Below, piece by piece: positions 35,499 through 44,351 of a stretch of DNA of 54,558 nt. The position numbers and the translations under genes were made by a program. Position 1 is the stretch's first letter, and the number at the start of each line of letters is the position of its first letter. The stretch is taken from positions 1 to 54,558 of IMG/VR virus record IMGVR_UViG_3300029142_000002; one strand, written 5' to 3'. This DNA is from a virus. Its lineage: Duplodnaviria; Caudoviricetes. The notes beneath the pieces were generated by a model. It was not told where the DNA came from. It searched no databases and saw only the letters and a list, made by a program, of their open reading frames with translations.

Positions 35499-35731
35499 GC
35501 TGCTATGCCGCTTGTTTTAGTTGTTTGTAAAAGTCTTGATTGAGGCTCGGCTCGCACAGAATGTCCAGGATGTCGGCGGCAGACTGCGCAATGCCAACCT
35601 GCTTTGGTTCGCTGAATGTCTCTGACTGTCCATCGGACACCACCTTTGCCGGTGAGCCAACTGGTGCCATCACCGCCGCAGTTATCGCAGCAGCGCTGCC
35701 TGTACTCCTGTTCTGGTTTTCGTCTTCGCAT
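35495..35731 (-). CDS. Small zinc-finger protein
   Basis: CDNC ... CAVC; coupled to the next gene. Confidence 0.55.
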   Translation of the reverse strand: MRRRKPEQEYRQRCCDNCGGDGTSWLTGKGGVRWTVRDIQRTKAGWHCAVCRRHPGHSVRAEPQSRLLQTTKTSGIAA

Positions 35732-35810
35732 CGTCTTTCATGTTTTGCCAGTGGCGGCGTACCGAGTACCGACCAGGCGAAATGCTTTTTGCAGCAGGTG
35801 TTTTCTGGAA

Positions 35811-36431
35811 TCATCGCAAGTAAAAAACAGTTTTTTCGCCTAGTAGCGCGGTTTCGAAAAGTGTATGTATTGGCTCTCCTTTCTCGCCCGAAAATGCCAA
35901 TGCTTCAGGGTACTCGAACAAGCGGCCACGTTTGACAAAATCCGTTTCTTTCGCCTTGGCAAACACGACCGGGTTGATGGTCCGGTTGTATGTGATTGTC
36001 TCGGCAAGTTCAATGCTAGTCGGTATGTAGGCCGCAGCGTAAGCAAGCTCTTGTTTTGTCCAGGTAGCTGTTAGGATGACTTTAGCAAGGCGCCGCTGCA
36101 TGTCACGGTTGAGCGTATGCCCAAAAACATAGCCGAGGGATAAGATTTCTTTCATTGCCTCACCCTCCGTTGCTAGTGCGACGAGCGGGGAGGTGTCCGG
36201 AAGCATCTGGAGTTTTGCCAAGGCCCGCGAGTTCTTCGGGGGTATATCCGCACTGGAGGAGGTATTCGTATTCAGAGGCTTCGCCTGGCCTTTTTGGACG
36301 GCGAGCTGCCGACCCCTGGCCCGGTTGAAAGCCTTGCGGCATCGCTCTGCCAGTTCCGGTTTTAAGCTCGTGAATAGTTGCTCCACCTGGAGCGCCTCGC
36401 CAAGTCGTTGGGGCTGTGCCATTGCTGTCAA
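35811..36431 (-). CDS. Replication accessory protein (helicase-loader position); start uncertain
   Basis: Follows and overlaps the initiator; the real start may be the internal MLPDT. Confidence 0.5.
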   Translation of the reverse strand: MTAMAQPQRLGEALQVEQLFTSLKPELAERCRKAFNRARGRQLAVQKGQAKPLNTNTSSSADIPPKNSRALAKLQMLPDTSPLVALATEGEAMKEILSLGYVFGHTLNRDMQRRLAKVILTATWTKQELAYAAAYIPTSIELAETITYNRTINPVVFAKAKETDFVKRGRLFEYPEALAFSGEKGEPIHTLFETALLGEKTVFYLR

Positions 36432-37038
36432 GTTGCTTTTTGTACCGGCTGATTATGCCGGTGATGTTTAATGGGTTGTAACCCATAGCGCGCCAGTCTT
36501 TCAGGGTGTATTCTAGCGAGCTGAGATTCTCACATTTAGCAGAGAGTTCTTCCTGGTGAAACAGTTGGGGTAGGGGTTCATCTGGATAAACCTTTTGCCA
36601 GAGTTTAACCTGATCCGAAAGACCATCGGGGGAGGGGGTTTTTTTAGCCTCGTGCGCGCGCTCTTGAGTAACACTCTCTGTATTAGGTTTACTATAGGTG
36701 TTTATATTAGAGTTATTAGTAATACTATAGTTGTGGGTTGTAGCTGGGTTGTGATTGTTTGATTCTGTGTAAATTTCGCGGTTTTTTGGGTTGTTCGTGG
36801 GTTGTGGCGATTTTGCAAGAATTAGGTCTGTTTTTGCATCGATTTCATCCCAGTTTTGACGTACCCAAGCGCGCGTTCTTCCCCATATTCTACCGTACTC
36901 TCTTTGGCTTTTTTCCTTGTTGTCTTCACGGTCAAATAGCAGGCTAATAATAGCTCCTTCAACTGTAAAACCTTGCTCTTTATTTTCATGTCTTAACATC
37001 TTCCAAACCAGTTTTCTAGGGAGGGTATAGTACTTCAT
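36160..37038 (-). CDS. Replication initiator-like protein
   Basis: N-terminal wHTH-like (SQREYGRIWGRTRAWV), Asn/Thr-rich linker carrying DNA repeats, DnaD-like C-domain (LEYTLKDW). Confidence 0.65.
   Translation of the reverse strand: MKYYTLPRKLVWKMLRHENKEQGFTVEGAIISLLFDREDNKEKSQREYGRIWGRTRAWVRQNWDEIDAKTDLILAKSPQPTNNPKNREIYTESNNHNPATTHNYSITNNSNINTYSKPNTESVTQERAHEAKKTPSPDGLSDQVKLWQKVYPDEPLPQLFHQEELSAKCENLSSLEYTLKDWRAMGYNPLNITGIISRYKKQLDSNGTAPTTWRGAPGGATIHELKTGTGRAMPQGFQPGQGSAARRPKRPGEASEYEYLLQCGYTPEELAGLGKTPDASGHLPARRTSNGG
36700..36810. repeat. Iteron-like repeats / candidate replication origin
   Basis: Four GGGTTGT copies in two pairs (~36735-36752 and ~36788-36805) next to an AT-rich tract inside the initiator gene. 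Confidence 0.55.
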
Positions 37039-37050
37039 TTCAGCCTCTGT

Positions 37051-37221
37051 TTAACCGTCTCTTCGTTGTGGTTTAATGGTTCTAATCCAGCCGTTTAATG
37101 TTGGTCGAGTAGGCACTTTTAAGCCTTCGTATTCAAGCTGCGTCTGGATATCCCGCACTGTCCAGCGCGGGTGCTTTTGCTTGAGTTCGATCACTCTTGT
37201 TTTTAGTTGTTCAGCGTTCAT
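37051..37221 (-). CDS. Small HTH protein
   Basis: WTVRDIQTQL...PTRPTLNGWI; TAATG coupling at 37221. Confidence 0.65.
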   Translation of the reverse strand: MNAEQLKTRVIELKQKHPRWTVRDIQTQLEYEGLKVPTRPTLNGWIRTIKPQRRDG

Positions 37222-37649
37222 TATCCTTCCTTCTCGTAGAGTGAAAGTCCAAGGCCCCACTTAGCACATGCGCGGCGAAATGCCATTGACTCAGCATTAC
37301 TGGACGGGTCGCCAAAGCCTTTAGTATCGAGCTTTTCAAGGCCAGTAGCTTCGCGGTAGAACCGTCCTTCGGCGCAGTTGATAAACACGCGCACAGTCAG
37401 GATTATGTGTGTCTGTGTTATCGTCCTATCAGTTACTTCGTATTCCCATCCCGGCGCGTAAAAGTCCATAAGCCGAGCAACTTTATGCCAGGGGATATAA
37501 GTGATATTGTTACCGCCTAATCTCTTCTGTGCGAGCACCCTTTTGGGTACATCCTTTTGTAGGTCATCAAGTATTAGGCTAAGTGGTCGTGATATTTCAC
37601 GGCGCATCTGTTTTACTTTAGCGGGTTGTTGTTCTTGGGGGTGTGCCAT
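37221..37649 (-). CDS. Rad52/Rad22-family single-strand annealing protein (Sak-like)
   Basis: ITYIPW, REATG and NAESMAFRRACAKWGLGLSLY motifs. Confidence 0.88.
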   Translation of the reverse strand: MAHPQEQQPAKVKQMRREISRPLSLILDDLQKDVPKRVLAQKRLGGNNITYIPWHKVARLMDFYAPGWEYEVTDRTITQTHIILTVRVFINCAEGRFYREATGLEKLDTKGFGDPSSNAESMAFRRACAKWGLGLSLYEKEG

Positions 37650-37651
37650 AG

Positions 37652-38047
37652 CTAATTCCTATTTGTCATATACATTTCATTACGAGCAAACTTCATCATC
37701 TCCATAAGGCTATCGAGCTTGTTTCTTGCTGCGAAATAAGCAGCCTCTTTCTCAACCAATGCCACCTTTTCGTGGTACTGTCTTTCTAAATATTCCTTGT
37801 ATCCTATTGAGGCGCGTGCGATAGCCTCCAAGCGCGCCTCTGTTACTTTCTCGCCTACCTCTTGGAACTCAGCGCGGCGCTCCTCTATGATGCTATAGAG
37901 CTTGGCTTTGCGAAAGTCGGTCATGTGTTCGACCTTGGCTTTCTGCGTCCCGTACTCGACAGAGAGGAGGCGCACGCGCTCAATGAGTTCATCTATATCA
38001 ACACCCGTTAAGCTTTCTGTGCGCTCTTTGAGTTCGTTGTAGTCCAT
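37652..38047 (-). CDS. Helical hypothetical protein (recombination-mediator-like position)
   Basis: Coiled-coil ORF next to Sak; KVTEARLEAIA. Confidence 0.6.
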   Translation of the reverse strand: MDYNELKERTESLTGVDIDELIERVRLLSVEYGTQKAKVEHMTDFRKAKLYSIIEERRAEFQEVGEKVTEARLEAIARASIGYKEYLERQYHEKVALVEKEAAYFAARNKLDSLMEMMKFARNEMYMTNRN

Positions 38048-38090
38048 TCGCTGTTTTTGTTAGGCGATGTACAATCGCCGATGTACACCG

Positions 38091-38288
38091 TTATTGCACC
38101 GCCATACGTGTGTCTTGTATCTGCTTATTCAGCCGCTTTACATGCTCTTCGTCGGTGTAAATGCACCAGCCGGAGTGCGGCGGGTCCTGGTCGTTGAAGT
38201 CCTCAAGCATGCTCACAATGAGGTATGCAAGCACAAGCACCGCAGCGACTCCAGTTAGTATGGTGTCAATGTCAATTTCCATTTCCAT
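38091..38288 (-). CDS. Small membrane protein
   Basis: One TM helix; 2 nt after the upstream stop. Confidence 0.55.
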   Translation of the reverse strand: MEMEIDIDTILTGVAAVLVLAYLIVSMLEDFNDQDPPHSGWCIYTDEEHVKRLNKQIQDTRMAVQ

Positions 38289-38290
38289 TG

Positions 38291-38548
38291 TTATTTCCCG
38301 ATATCTTTGATAACACCGGCAACAACGGTATCGAATGCGGTAGCTTCTTTTACTACTATTCTGGCGCGTTCTGTCATGGTGTCAAAGTCCTTGAGCCTAT
38401 TAATCAGCCGCTGGTTTTCTGCGGCTAACTCCTTGTTCTCCTTTGCTAGCCTCAGGTAATCTTTGAACAGGTTGTCATAGGATTGCTTGAGTGAAAGCTT
38501 ATTTATTTTCGTTAGCTGTCTAGCTTCATTGCTTATAATTTGTAACAT
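38291..38548 (-). CDS. Coiled-coil hypothetical protein
   Basis: ATG at 38548 (MLQIISNE) preferred because the longer start runs into hairpin-rich DNA. Confidence 0.6.
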   Translation of the reverse strand: MLQIISNEARQLTKINKLSLKQSYDNLFKDYLRLAKENKELAAENQRLINRLKDFDTMTERARIVVKEATAFDTVVAGVIKDIGK

Positions 38549-38559
38549 ATCCGTACTGG

Positions 38560-39030
38560 CTTTGCGGTACGGGTGTCCGTACCAGTTAAGGCGATATACA
38601 ATCGCCGAAAGGAGGCAGGAGCGGCAACCGGCATCTCTAATGATTGCCGCTCCTAGCCATGCCGGGATTGTACACAACAGCTTTTGTTAATAAAGCTATA
38701 CCCGGCATTGTGGACGCGCTGGGTAGTCAGCCCAGGTGTTGCAGCCGCTGCCTAGATTCCGCTAGGATTAGCTACAGTCGATGACATTCCGCGCCCATAT
38801 TGGAGCCTGCTAGATTCCCGCATAACCTTGCATAATGAAACGATTGTGCGGCAGGCTCCAATTCCCTCAGGAGGGGATATCAATATTTAAAAGAACCGGT
38901 CCCGGCAGGGTGTACACTAACCACCTCACATAACAGCAGTCCTGCCGGGACTTTTCTGGCTGCTAGCTAGTCTCTCGCTATGTGCGATACCCTGGAGCCA
39001 GAAATTCAAGCTCGTAAAGAACTATCAGCA
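38560..39030 (-). promoter_or_regulatory. Hairpin-rich untranslated region with boxA-like motifs
   Basis: Four long inverted repeats; GTTCTTT(T/A) twice on the minus strand (~38888-38896 and ~39014-39023). Confidence 0.5.
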
Positions 39031-39106
39031 ACCGATTATTGCGACTGCAATTATTATTGCTCCAATGATGATTGCGCACCCGATACAGCTAGTGTCTATT
39101 TGTACC

Positions 39107-39322
39107 TCAGTTTTGGCCATTGTCTTTACTCAAATCTTTAAGAGGCAGCAGCACCTCAAATTCTGTTAAAGGCGCAGTGCCGTATTCTTTGCCGTATGTT
39201 TTATGCCAGTTCTTGATTGCTTCTTCGACGGTTTGCCCATACCTCCATTCGTGCTTGTCACCGTATGTTTGGCAGCGCCAACCGTGAGCAACTGGCTTTA
39301 TCTTGACAAGGAACTGATTCAT
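39107..39322 (-). CDS. Hypothetical protein
   Basis: Start moved to the ATG at 39322 (GCGGCATGA coupling). Confidence 0.6.
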   Translation of the reverse strand: MNQFLVKIKPVAHGWRCQTYGDKHEWRYGQTVEEAIKNWHKTYGKEYGTAPLTEFEVLLPLKDLSKDNGQN

Positions 39323-39540
39323 GCCGCGCGCCTCATTGATAGTTTGGCGCCGTATAGATCGCGGTTCTGGAAGTAGCATTTCCAGCAGGCTTGCAGCGGC
39401 TCGTCAGTGCTAGGGACGTACATACTGATGTCTTTGGCACACTCTACTTCATGCTCGTGTAGCTCTTCCATTAGTAAGCTATCCTGGCTGCGCTGCTGGC
39501 TAATTTCGTTGATGTCATATAGATCGGCTGTGTCGTACAT
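39319..39540 (-). CDS. Hypothetical protein
   Basis: ORF track; CxxC; ends RRAA. Confidence 0.6.
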   Translation of the reverse strand: MYDTADLYDINEISQQRSQDSLLMEELHEHEVECAKDISMYVPSTDEPLQACWKCYFQNRDLYGAKLSMRRAA

Positions 39541-39635
39541 GGCGTTTTCTGTGTAGGTATTCGTAGAGATAGGGGATTAGTAGGGCAGCGGCGAACGAAG
39601 CCGGATATGCCCAAAAGATTGCTGTTGGCATGTGC

Positions 39636-39983
39636 TTATGCCGCGCGGTTTCTGTGCGGCGCTAGATCGTTGTTATAGAACAGATCCCAGTCGCTTAGGA
39701 CTTCCGCCTGTGTGCTCGGCTTGTAGTCAATCGACATGCTATGCCGAACGTGGCCTTGGCGCATGAGGCTGTCGATTGTAGCGACAGGTATGCGTTCATT
39801 AGCAGGCGTCAAAAAGTAATCTTTTGACTGGGCGTCGCTGATCCGAGTGAGCTTGAACGTGTGCTCCTTCTTTCCAGCAACTAGCTTGAAATGTTGAAGA
39901 CGAGAAGTCTTCTCCGGGGGATTTGCTTTAGTTTCAGCAGGGGTTGTTGAAACTTTTACAGATTTTAATGTATATTCTTTCAT
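39636..39983 (-). CDS. Hypothetical early protein
   Basis: AGAGG RBS; first gene after the RHH regulator. Confidence 0.65.
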   Translation of the reverse strand: MKEYTLKSVKVSTTPAETKANPPEKTSRLQHFKLVAGKKEHTFKLTRISDAQSKDYFLTPANERIPVATIDSLMRQGHVRHSMSIDYKPSTQAEVLSDWDLFYNNDLAPHRNRAA

Positions 39984-40059
39984 AGTTAAACCTCTTTTGA
40001 GGGTTAGAAGCGACTTCCAAGTTTTCCAGACGGGGGAGTCGTTTTTTATTTACGTGACC

Positions 40060-40242
40060 TTAGGAGGCAACACCAAATTCTTTTTTCATTGCTGGTAGGC
40101 ATCGTTCAATGGCTTTTCTAAGCACATAAACCACAGGTCGCTCATCAGCTTGCGCTATTGCCTTTGCGTCTTCGTGGATCTTTTTGTCTAAATGCAAAAG
40201 CACTGCGTGTGTATTCGTGTTATCTTTGTTTTGTTGTGGCAT
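40060..40242 (-). CDS. Ribbon-helix-helix (Arc/CopG-like) regulator in the Cro position
   Basis: AVLLHLDKKIHEDAKAIAQADERPVVYVLRKAIE strand-helix-helix pattern; divergent from the repressor. Confidence 0.7.
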   Translation of the reverse strand: MPQQNKDNTNTHAVLLHLDKKIHEDAKAIAQADERPVVYVLRKAIERCLPAMKKEFGVAS

Positions 40243-40342
40243 TGTTTTGGTTTAGATTATATATCCTCGATACATCAATAATATATACATGTAATGCAGG
40301 GAATGCAAGCAATGCACGTAACGAAACTGTAACGATTGTAAG
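40243..40342. promoter_or_regulatory. Divergent switch region with a leftward promoter and three AATGCA repeats
   Basis: Minus-strand TTGCAT-N17-TATATT; AATGCA at 40293, 40302 and 40311 (9-bp period) covering the -35. Confidence 0.65.
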
Positions 40343-40954
40343 ATGGCTCGGATTAAGCCTGAAATATTGCGCATAACGCAGTCATTGCAAGAGATTGTCG
40401 ATGCAGATTATGCAGGAAATGCAGCAGAACTAGCCAGGGCGCTAGGTGAAAATGAGTCTACATTTAGCCGCATATTGAATGGCTTTTCTGAAAAAGGCGC
40501 GGAAAGGGTAGTGCGTAAGCTTGTTAATATGGGGCGTAGTGAGGCAGCTATTCGCACAGGGAGATTAGTTGCACATACCTCTGCACATGACCAGAATATG
40601 TCAGGGGAAAATCCCCCTCGTGAATTAGGTAAATACACGGTCGCAGAGATAGGCGAAAAGACGCATGCAGGTGATAAATTTGATGCTGTAGTTGTTAAGG
40701 GCTTTGACAAAGAAATGTTAAAGCGCATTCTTAACATTGTTGCTCAGAAAGTACCGGAGGGAGCTATGGATGTCCTTATCAATGATAGGGGCGGGGTGTA
40801 CGAGGTAAGAGTAACGGACTTAGTAAGTGAGATTGATGGTGTTCTAAGAAATGTAGAACTGGTCGCCCGGATATCGAACGCACTGAGGAAGGACGGAGGT
40901 GGCTATGCCCCGCCACAAGAACAAAAACAAGAACCCCCAATCAGCAAAAGCTAA
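40343..40954 (+). CDS. XRE-type HTH repressor (CI position)
   Basis: NAAELARALGENESTFSRILNG; no recognisable S24 peptidase domain. Confidence 0.75.
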   Translation: MARIKPEILRITQSLQEIVDADYAGNAAELARALGENESTFSRILNGFSEKGAERVVRKLVNMGRSEAAIRTGRLVAHTSAHDQNMSGENPPRELGKYTVAEIGEKTHAGDKFDAVVVKGFDKEMLKRILNIVAQKVPEGAMDVLINDRGGVYEVRVTDLVSEIDGVLRNVELVARISNALRKDGGGYAPPQEQKQEPPISKS

Positions 40955-41148
40955 TCGAGGGTTAGCCGCTAGGCCGAGGGTGGTGCAAGCACCCAGGACA
41001 AGCGGTTTCAGGTGCATGTAGGCGAAATAGCTATAACGCCGAACAGGGGTAGATGCACAATTTTGGACAGAAAGATAAAAAAACATCGTCTATATTAAAG
41101 ACGTTTTACCACATTCATTTATTCTTTTTTATTAGTAATTACTTAATT

Positions 41149-41520
41149 ATGAAATATCTCACCGTCATAATTACCGCTCTTATGCTATCGGGCTGCCTTA
41201 CGGCCAGCGTTACACAGTTAAGCAGTAAGAACTATCCGGTACTTGCGCCGGAGGATGTTACTATCTATCTGTCGGAGGAGGATATACCAAACGAGTTCGA
41301 AAAGGTGGCGATCATATACACGAAAGGCGATCACGGCTGGACAAATGAAAGCCAGCAGTATGAACTGGCCAGGACGAAAGCCGCAGAACTTGGTGCCAAT
41401 GGCGTATTAATTGTAGGGATAACAGACCCAAAGACGGGGGCGAAAGTAGCGCAGGCGCTGATAGGTACAGCGGCCAATAGGAAAGGGGAGATGATTGCTA
41501 TCTATGTTTTTGATGATTGA
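41149..41520 (+). CDS. Lipoprotein (YbjQ/heavy-metal-binding-like fold), possible lysogenic conversion or exclusion gene
   Basis: MKYLTVIITALMLSGC lipobox; KAAELGANGVLI motif. Confidence 0.75.
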   Translation: MKYLTVIITALMLSGCLTASVTQLSSKNYPVLAPEDVTIYLSEEDIPNEFEKVAIIYTKGDHGWTNESQQYELARTKAAELGANGVLIVGITDPKTGAKVAQALIGTAANRKGEMIAIYVFDD

Positions 41521-41593
41521 CCCAAATCTGCTATAACTAACAGTTACTATTCCCCGTATTATTATATATAAACCTTAACGGTTTTGTGATCTT

Positions 41594-41630
41594 AACCCGG
41601 CGCGGCTTCGGCTTCGTCGGGTTTTCTTTT
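41594..41630 (+). terminator. Intrinsic terminator
   Basis: AACCCGGCG...CGTCGGGTT stem with TTCG loop and a T-rich tail. Confidence 0.75.
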
Positions 41631-41835
41631 GTGGGCAGTTTCCCCGTAAGGCGGTGCGCTTTTGGCGCAATCTTTGAACCATTTAGCAATAGCTTGAATA
41701 TATGTGTTAATTCCTATGTGTTAGGAAAGCAATCATCTCAGTAAAAGCACATCTGGCACGCCGGGTACACAAAGGGTCAACACCAGGCGCGGCCAATAGC
41801 ATATCTCAGGCACGTTCTAGTGCTATGGTGGGTGT

Positions 41836-41880
41836 AAACCCCGGTTAGGTTTGATGAGGGCTTAACCGGGGTTTCTTTAT
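41836..41880 (+). terminator. Intrinsic terminator-like hairpin
   Basis: AAACCCCGGTTA...TAACCGGGGTTT followed by CTTTAT. Confidence 0.65.
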
Positions 41881-41904
41881 ATATGGTGCACATGCGTCAC
41901 AAGG

Positions 41905-42005
41905 AACATGTGTGCAATTTTTGGTATATTAGAAAGACGATACGAAGGCGGGGTAGAGCCTTGGTTCTCGCGTTTTCTTGCTAAGTTTGGCCCCGCCTTC
42001 TTTTT
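41905..42005 (+). promoter_or_regulatory. Putative late promoter and hairpin leader of the fibre module
   Basis: AACATGTGTGCA-N7-GTATATT, then GAAGGCGGGG...CCCCGCCTTC-TTTTT. Confidence 0.5.
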
Positions 42006-42080
42006 ACAGCATTTCCCCCTGATGCATCTCTAGCGACAAAAGCTCTATCCCCATACTCATGGGTTCAGACTGTTAGCCTA

Positions 42081-43778
42081 ATGGCTGCCCCTGTATTTGA
42101 ATCAAGTACCACCGCCGCGACGGGCAACGCCACGTCGCTATCATTGACCTATCCCAGTAGCATAGCGTCAGGGGATGAACTATACGTATGGGCGACAAGT
42201 GACAGAACTACATCAAGCCACGCGGTAAGCGGGTTCACCGTTATCGACGGGCCGCTAACAACGGCGGGCGGATCGAATAGAATCACGAGCTGCTTGCTGG
42301 GCCGCGTAGCAGACGGAACAGAAACAGGATCTGTTAACCTTACATGGTCCACGTCGGAGGAGATGACGGCCATCATGTTTCGTGTCTCCGGTGGCGACAA
42401 CGATACAACGCCACTATTGGCGGCGATACGTGATGAGGGCACAGGCACTGATCCATCAAGCGCAGGCGCCGTGCCTGAGAGCGATGATTATTTGATGGTC
42501 TACCTGGCAGGGCAGGATAAGGGCATGACGGTCGGGACCTATCCCAGCGGTACGTCAAACACCAACAGCGTAGCGCAGTCAAATGGCAGCGGGTGCGCCA
42601 TTGCGAGCAAGTCGCAGACGGGTGACAACTCCACCACATACGGCGATGACACATGGACGATTTCAACGGGCTTTTATAAGACGGCGTGTACGCTGTTTAT
42701 TAAGGCGGCGGCAGGTGGCACTGAGTACAGCGAAAGCGTAAGCGACGGCGCAGAGGCGGGGGAGACCATAACAAGCACACTAACGGTGCCGGTCAGCTTT
42801 TCGGAAGGCGGCAGCGCAGGCGAGACATTTAGCGCGGTGCTTGAGATGGGCGCAAGTATCAGCGAGGGGTCGGCGGCGGGCGATTCATTTAGCGCGGCAG
42901 GATCTATTTACAACACTTCTATAAGTGAAGGCGCAGAAGCGGGCGATAGTACGACAGCGAACCTGGAAATTAATGTCAGCATAACCGAGGGCAGCAGCGC
43001 AGGGGATAGTACAGGTAAGATAGCCGACCTAACAGCAAGCATTTCAGAGGGCGCGAGCGCAGGCGACACAACAACGGCGCTCGCGGTGCTACTTGCATCG
43101 ATCACGGAAGGGGCGCAGGCGGGCGAATCGTGGGCTAATACGCTCATAGTGAACGCCTCTATATCCGAGGGCGCGCAGGCGGGAGACACTTTCGCCGAAT
43201 CGGTAGACGGGACGATAAACGACGCTATAAGCGAGGGCAGCAAGGCAGGGGAGAGCTTTGTGGCTGCTATGTTTATGCTCGCCAGCATCAGCGAGGGCGG
43301 TAGCGCAGGAGATGTTTACACCGCCGCGCTTGAGCTGGCCAAAAGCATTACTGAAGGCGCACAGGCGGGTGATACATTCGCTGCCGCCGTCGAGTCAGGT
43401 GTAAGCACTTATAACGAGTCAATCACCGAAGGATCAGCGGCGGGTGATGCGTTTGCGGCAATCGCTGAGATGGCCAAGGCCATAAGCGAGGGCGCGCAGG
43501 CAGGGGAGAGCATATCACAAAATTTAATACTTAACTCCGTAATCAGCGAGGGCGCGGTTGCTGGCGACTCGTGGTCAGCAATACTTGTGCTTGCGGCATC
43601 GATTACGGAGGGGGCAAGTTCTGGCGATTCGTTCACAATCCCAGGATTAAACGGTTATCTCGTTGCCACTCTTAGCATCATTTCAGCGCTCGCTGGGACG
43701 CTAGCAACTCAGGACGCGCTAAGTGGCAGCACTTCAACAACAGACGCGCTCACCGGTAGCGTCACAACAAATCCATAA
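42081..43778 (+). CDS. Virion fibre-like protein: N-terminal beta-rich domain + 15 x ~20-aa SI(S/T)EGxxAG(D/E) repeats
   Basis: Repeats counted by hand in the translation. Confidence 0.8.
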   Translation: MAAPVFESSTTAATGNATSLSLTYPSSIASGDELYVWATSDRTTSSHAVSGFTVIDGPLTTAGGSNRITSCLLGRVADGTETGSVNLTWSTSEEMTAIMFRVSGGDNDTTPLLAAIRDEGTGTDPSSAGAVPESDDYLMVYLAGQDKGMTVGTYPSGTSNTNSVAQSNGSGCAIASKSQTGDNSTTYGDDTWTISTGFYKTACTLFIKAAAGGTEYSESVSDGAEAGETITSTLTVPVSFSEGGSAGETFSAVLEMGASISEGSAAGDSFSAAGSIYNTSISEGAEAGDSTTANLEINVSITEGSSAGDSTGKIADLTASISEGASAGDTTTALAVLLASITEGAQAGESWANTLIVNASISEGAQAGDTFAESVDGTINDAISEGSKAGESFVAAMFMLASISEGGSAGDVYTAALELAKSITEGAQAGDTFAAAVESGVSTYNESITEGSAAGDAFAAIAEMAKAISEGAQAGESISQNLILNSVISEGAVAGDSWSAILVLAASITEGASSGDSFTIPGLNGYLVATLSIISALAGTLATQDALSGSTSTTDALTGSVTTNP

Positions 43779-43782
43779 TAAC

Positions 43783-44349
43783 ATGTTAGTAGGAAAAGGA
43801 AAGACAAGCGATGCGTTCGAAAGCGGGCTTGTAATGCAAAAAGGACTCGTAGGCAGGGCAAAGCCTGAGGGCTATTGGCGGATCACCTGTGTTGACAAAG
43901 ACGGCAACGTAAAATGGGTAGAAGACTACCAGAACGTCATCACCGAAGCTGGTCAGGATTATTTGCTTGACGTTGGATTGTCAAATGGCACGCAGATTTC
44001 AACCTGGTACGTTGGGCTAACTGACGATTCGCCAACCATCGCAGAGGCAGACACCATGTCATCTCATTCGGGGTGGGTTGAGGCTGTGCCTTACTCAGAT
44101 GCAAACCGCATTACGTGGTCAGATGGCGGCGTATCAAGCCAGTCCGTAGATAATAGTGCATCAACGGCTGACTTCACGATCAACGCGACCGACACTGTTG
44201 GCGGCGCATTCCTGGTATCAAACAACACCAAGAGCGGCACTACTGGCACGCTCTACGCCGTTGGCGCCTTCAGCTCTAACCGCGCTGTTGAGTCAGGTGA
44301 TACGCTGAAAGTAACGGCAACATTCACAATGGCCGATGACGGTGCATAG
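43783..44349 (+). CDS. Fibre subunit-like structural protein
   Basis: NVITEAGQDYLLD, WYVGL, GTLYA and GDTLKVTATFT pattern of small phage fibre proteins; ATG at 43783. Confidence 0.65.
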   Translation: MLVGKGKTSDAFESGLVMQKGLVGRAKPEGYWRITCVDKDGNVKWVEDYQNVITEAGQDYLLDVGLSNGTQISTWYVGLTDDSPTIAEADTMSSHSGWVEAVPYSDANRITWSDGGVSSQSVDNSASTADFTINATDTVGGAFLVSNNTKSGTTGTLYAVGAFSSNRAVESGDTLKVTATFTMADDGA

Positions 44350-44351
44350 TT

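Noticed and set aside
36160-36431. 272-nt overlap between the initiator and the next gene as another frameshift
   Set aside because: No in-phase slippery heptamer was found, and an internal ATG (MLPDT) shrinks the overlap to an ordinary size.
42730-43640. Repeats as a DGR template/variable pair or a DNA-level tandem array
   Set aside because: Conservation is at the protein level with synonymous divergence; there is no reverse transcriptase and no adenine-specific pattern.
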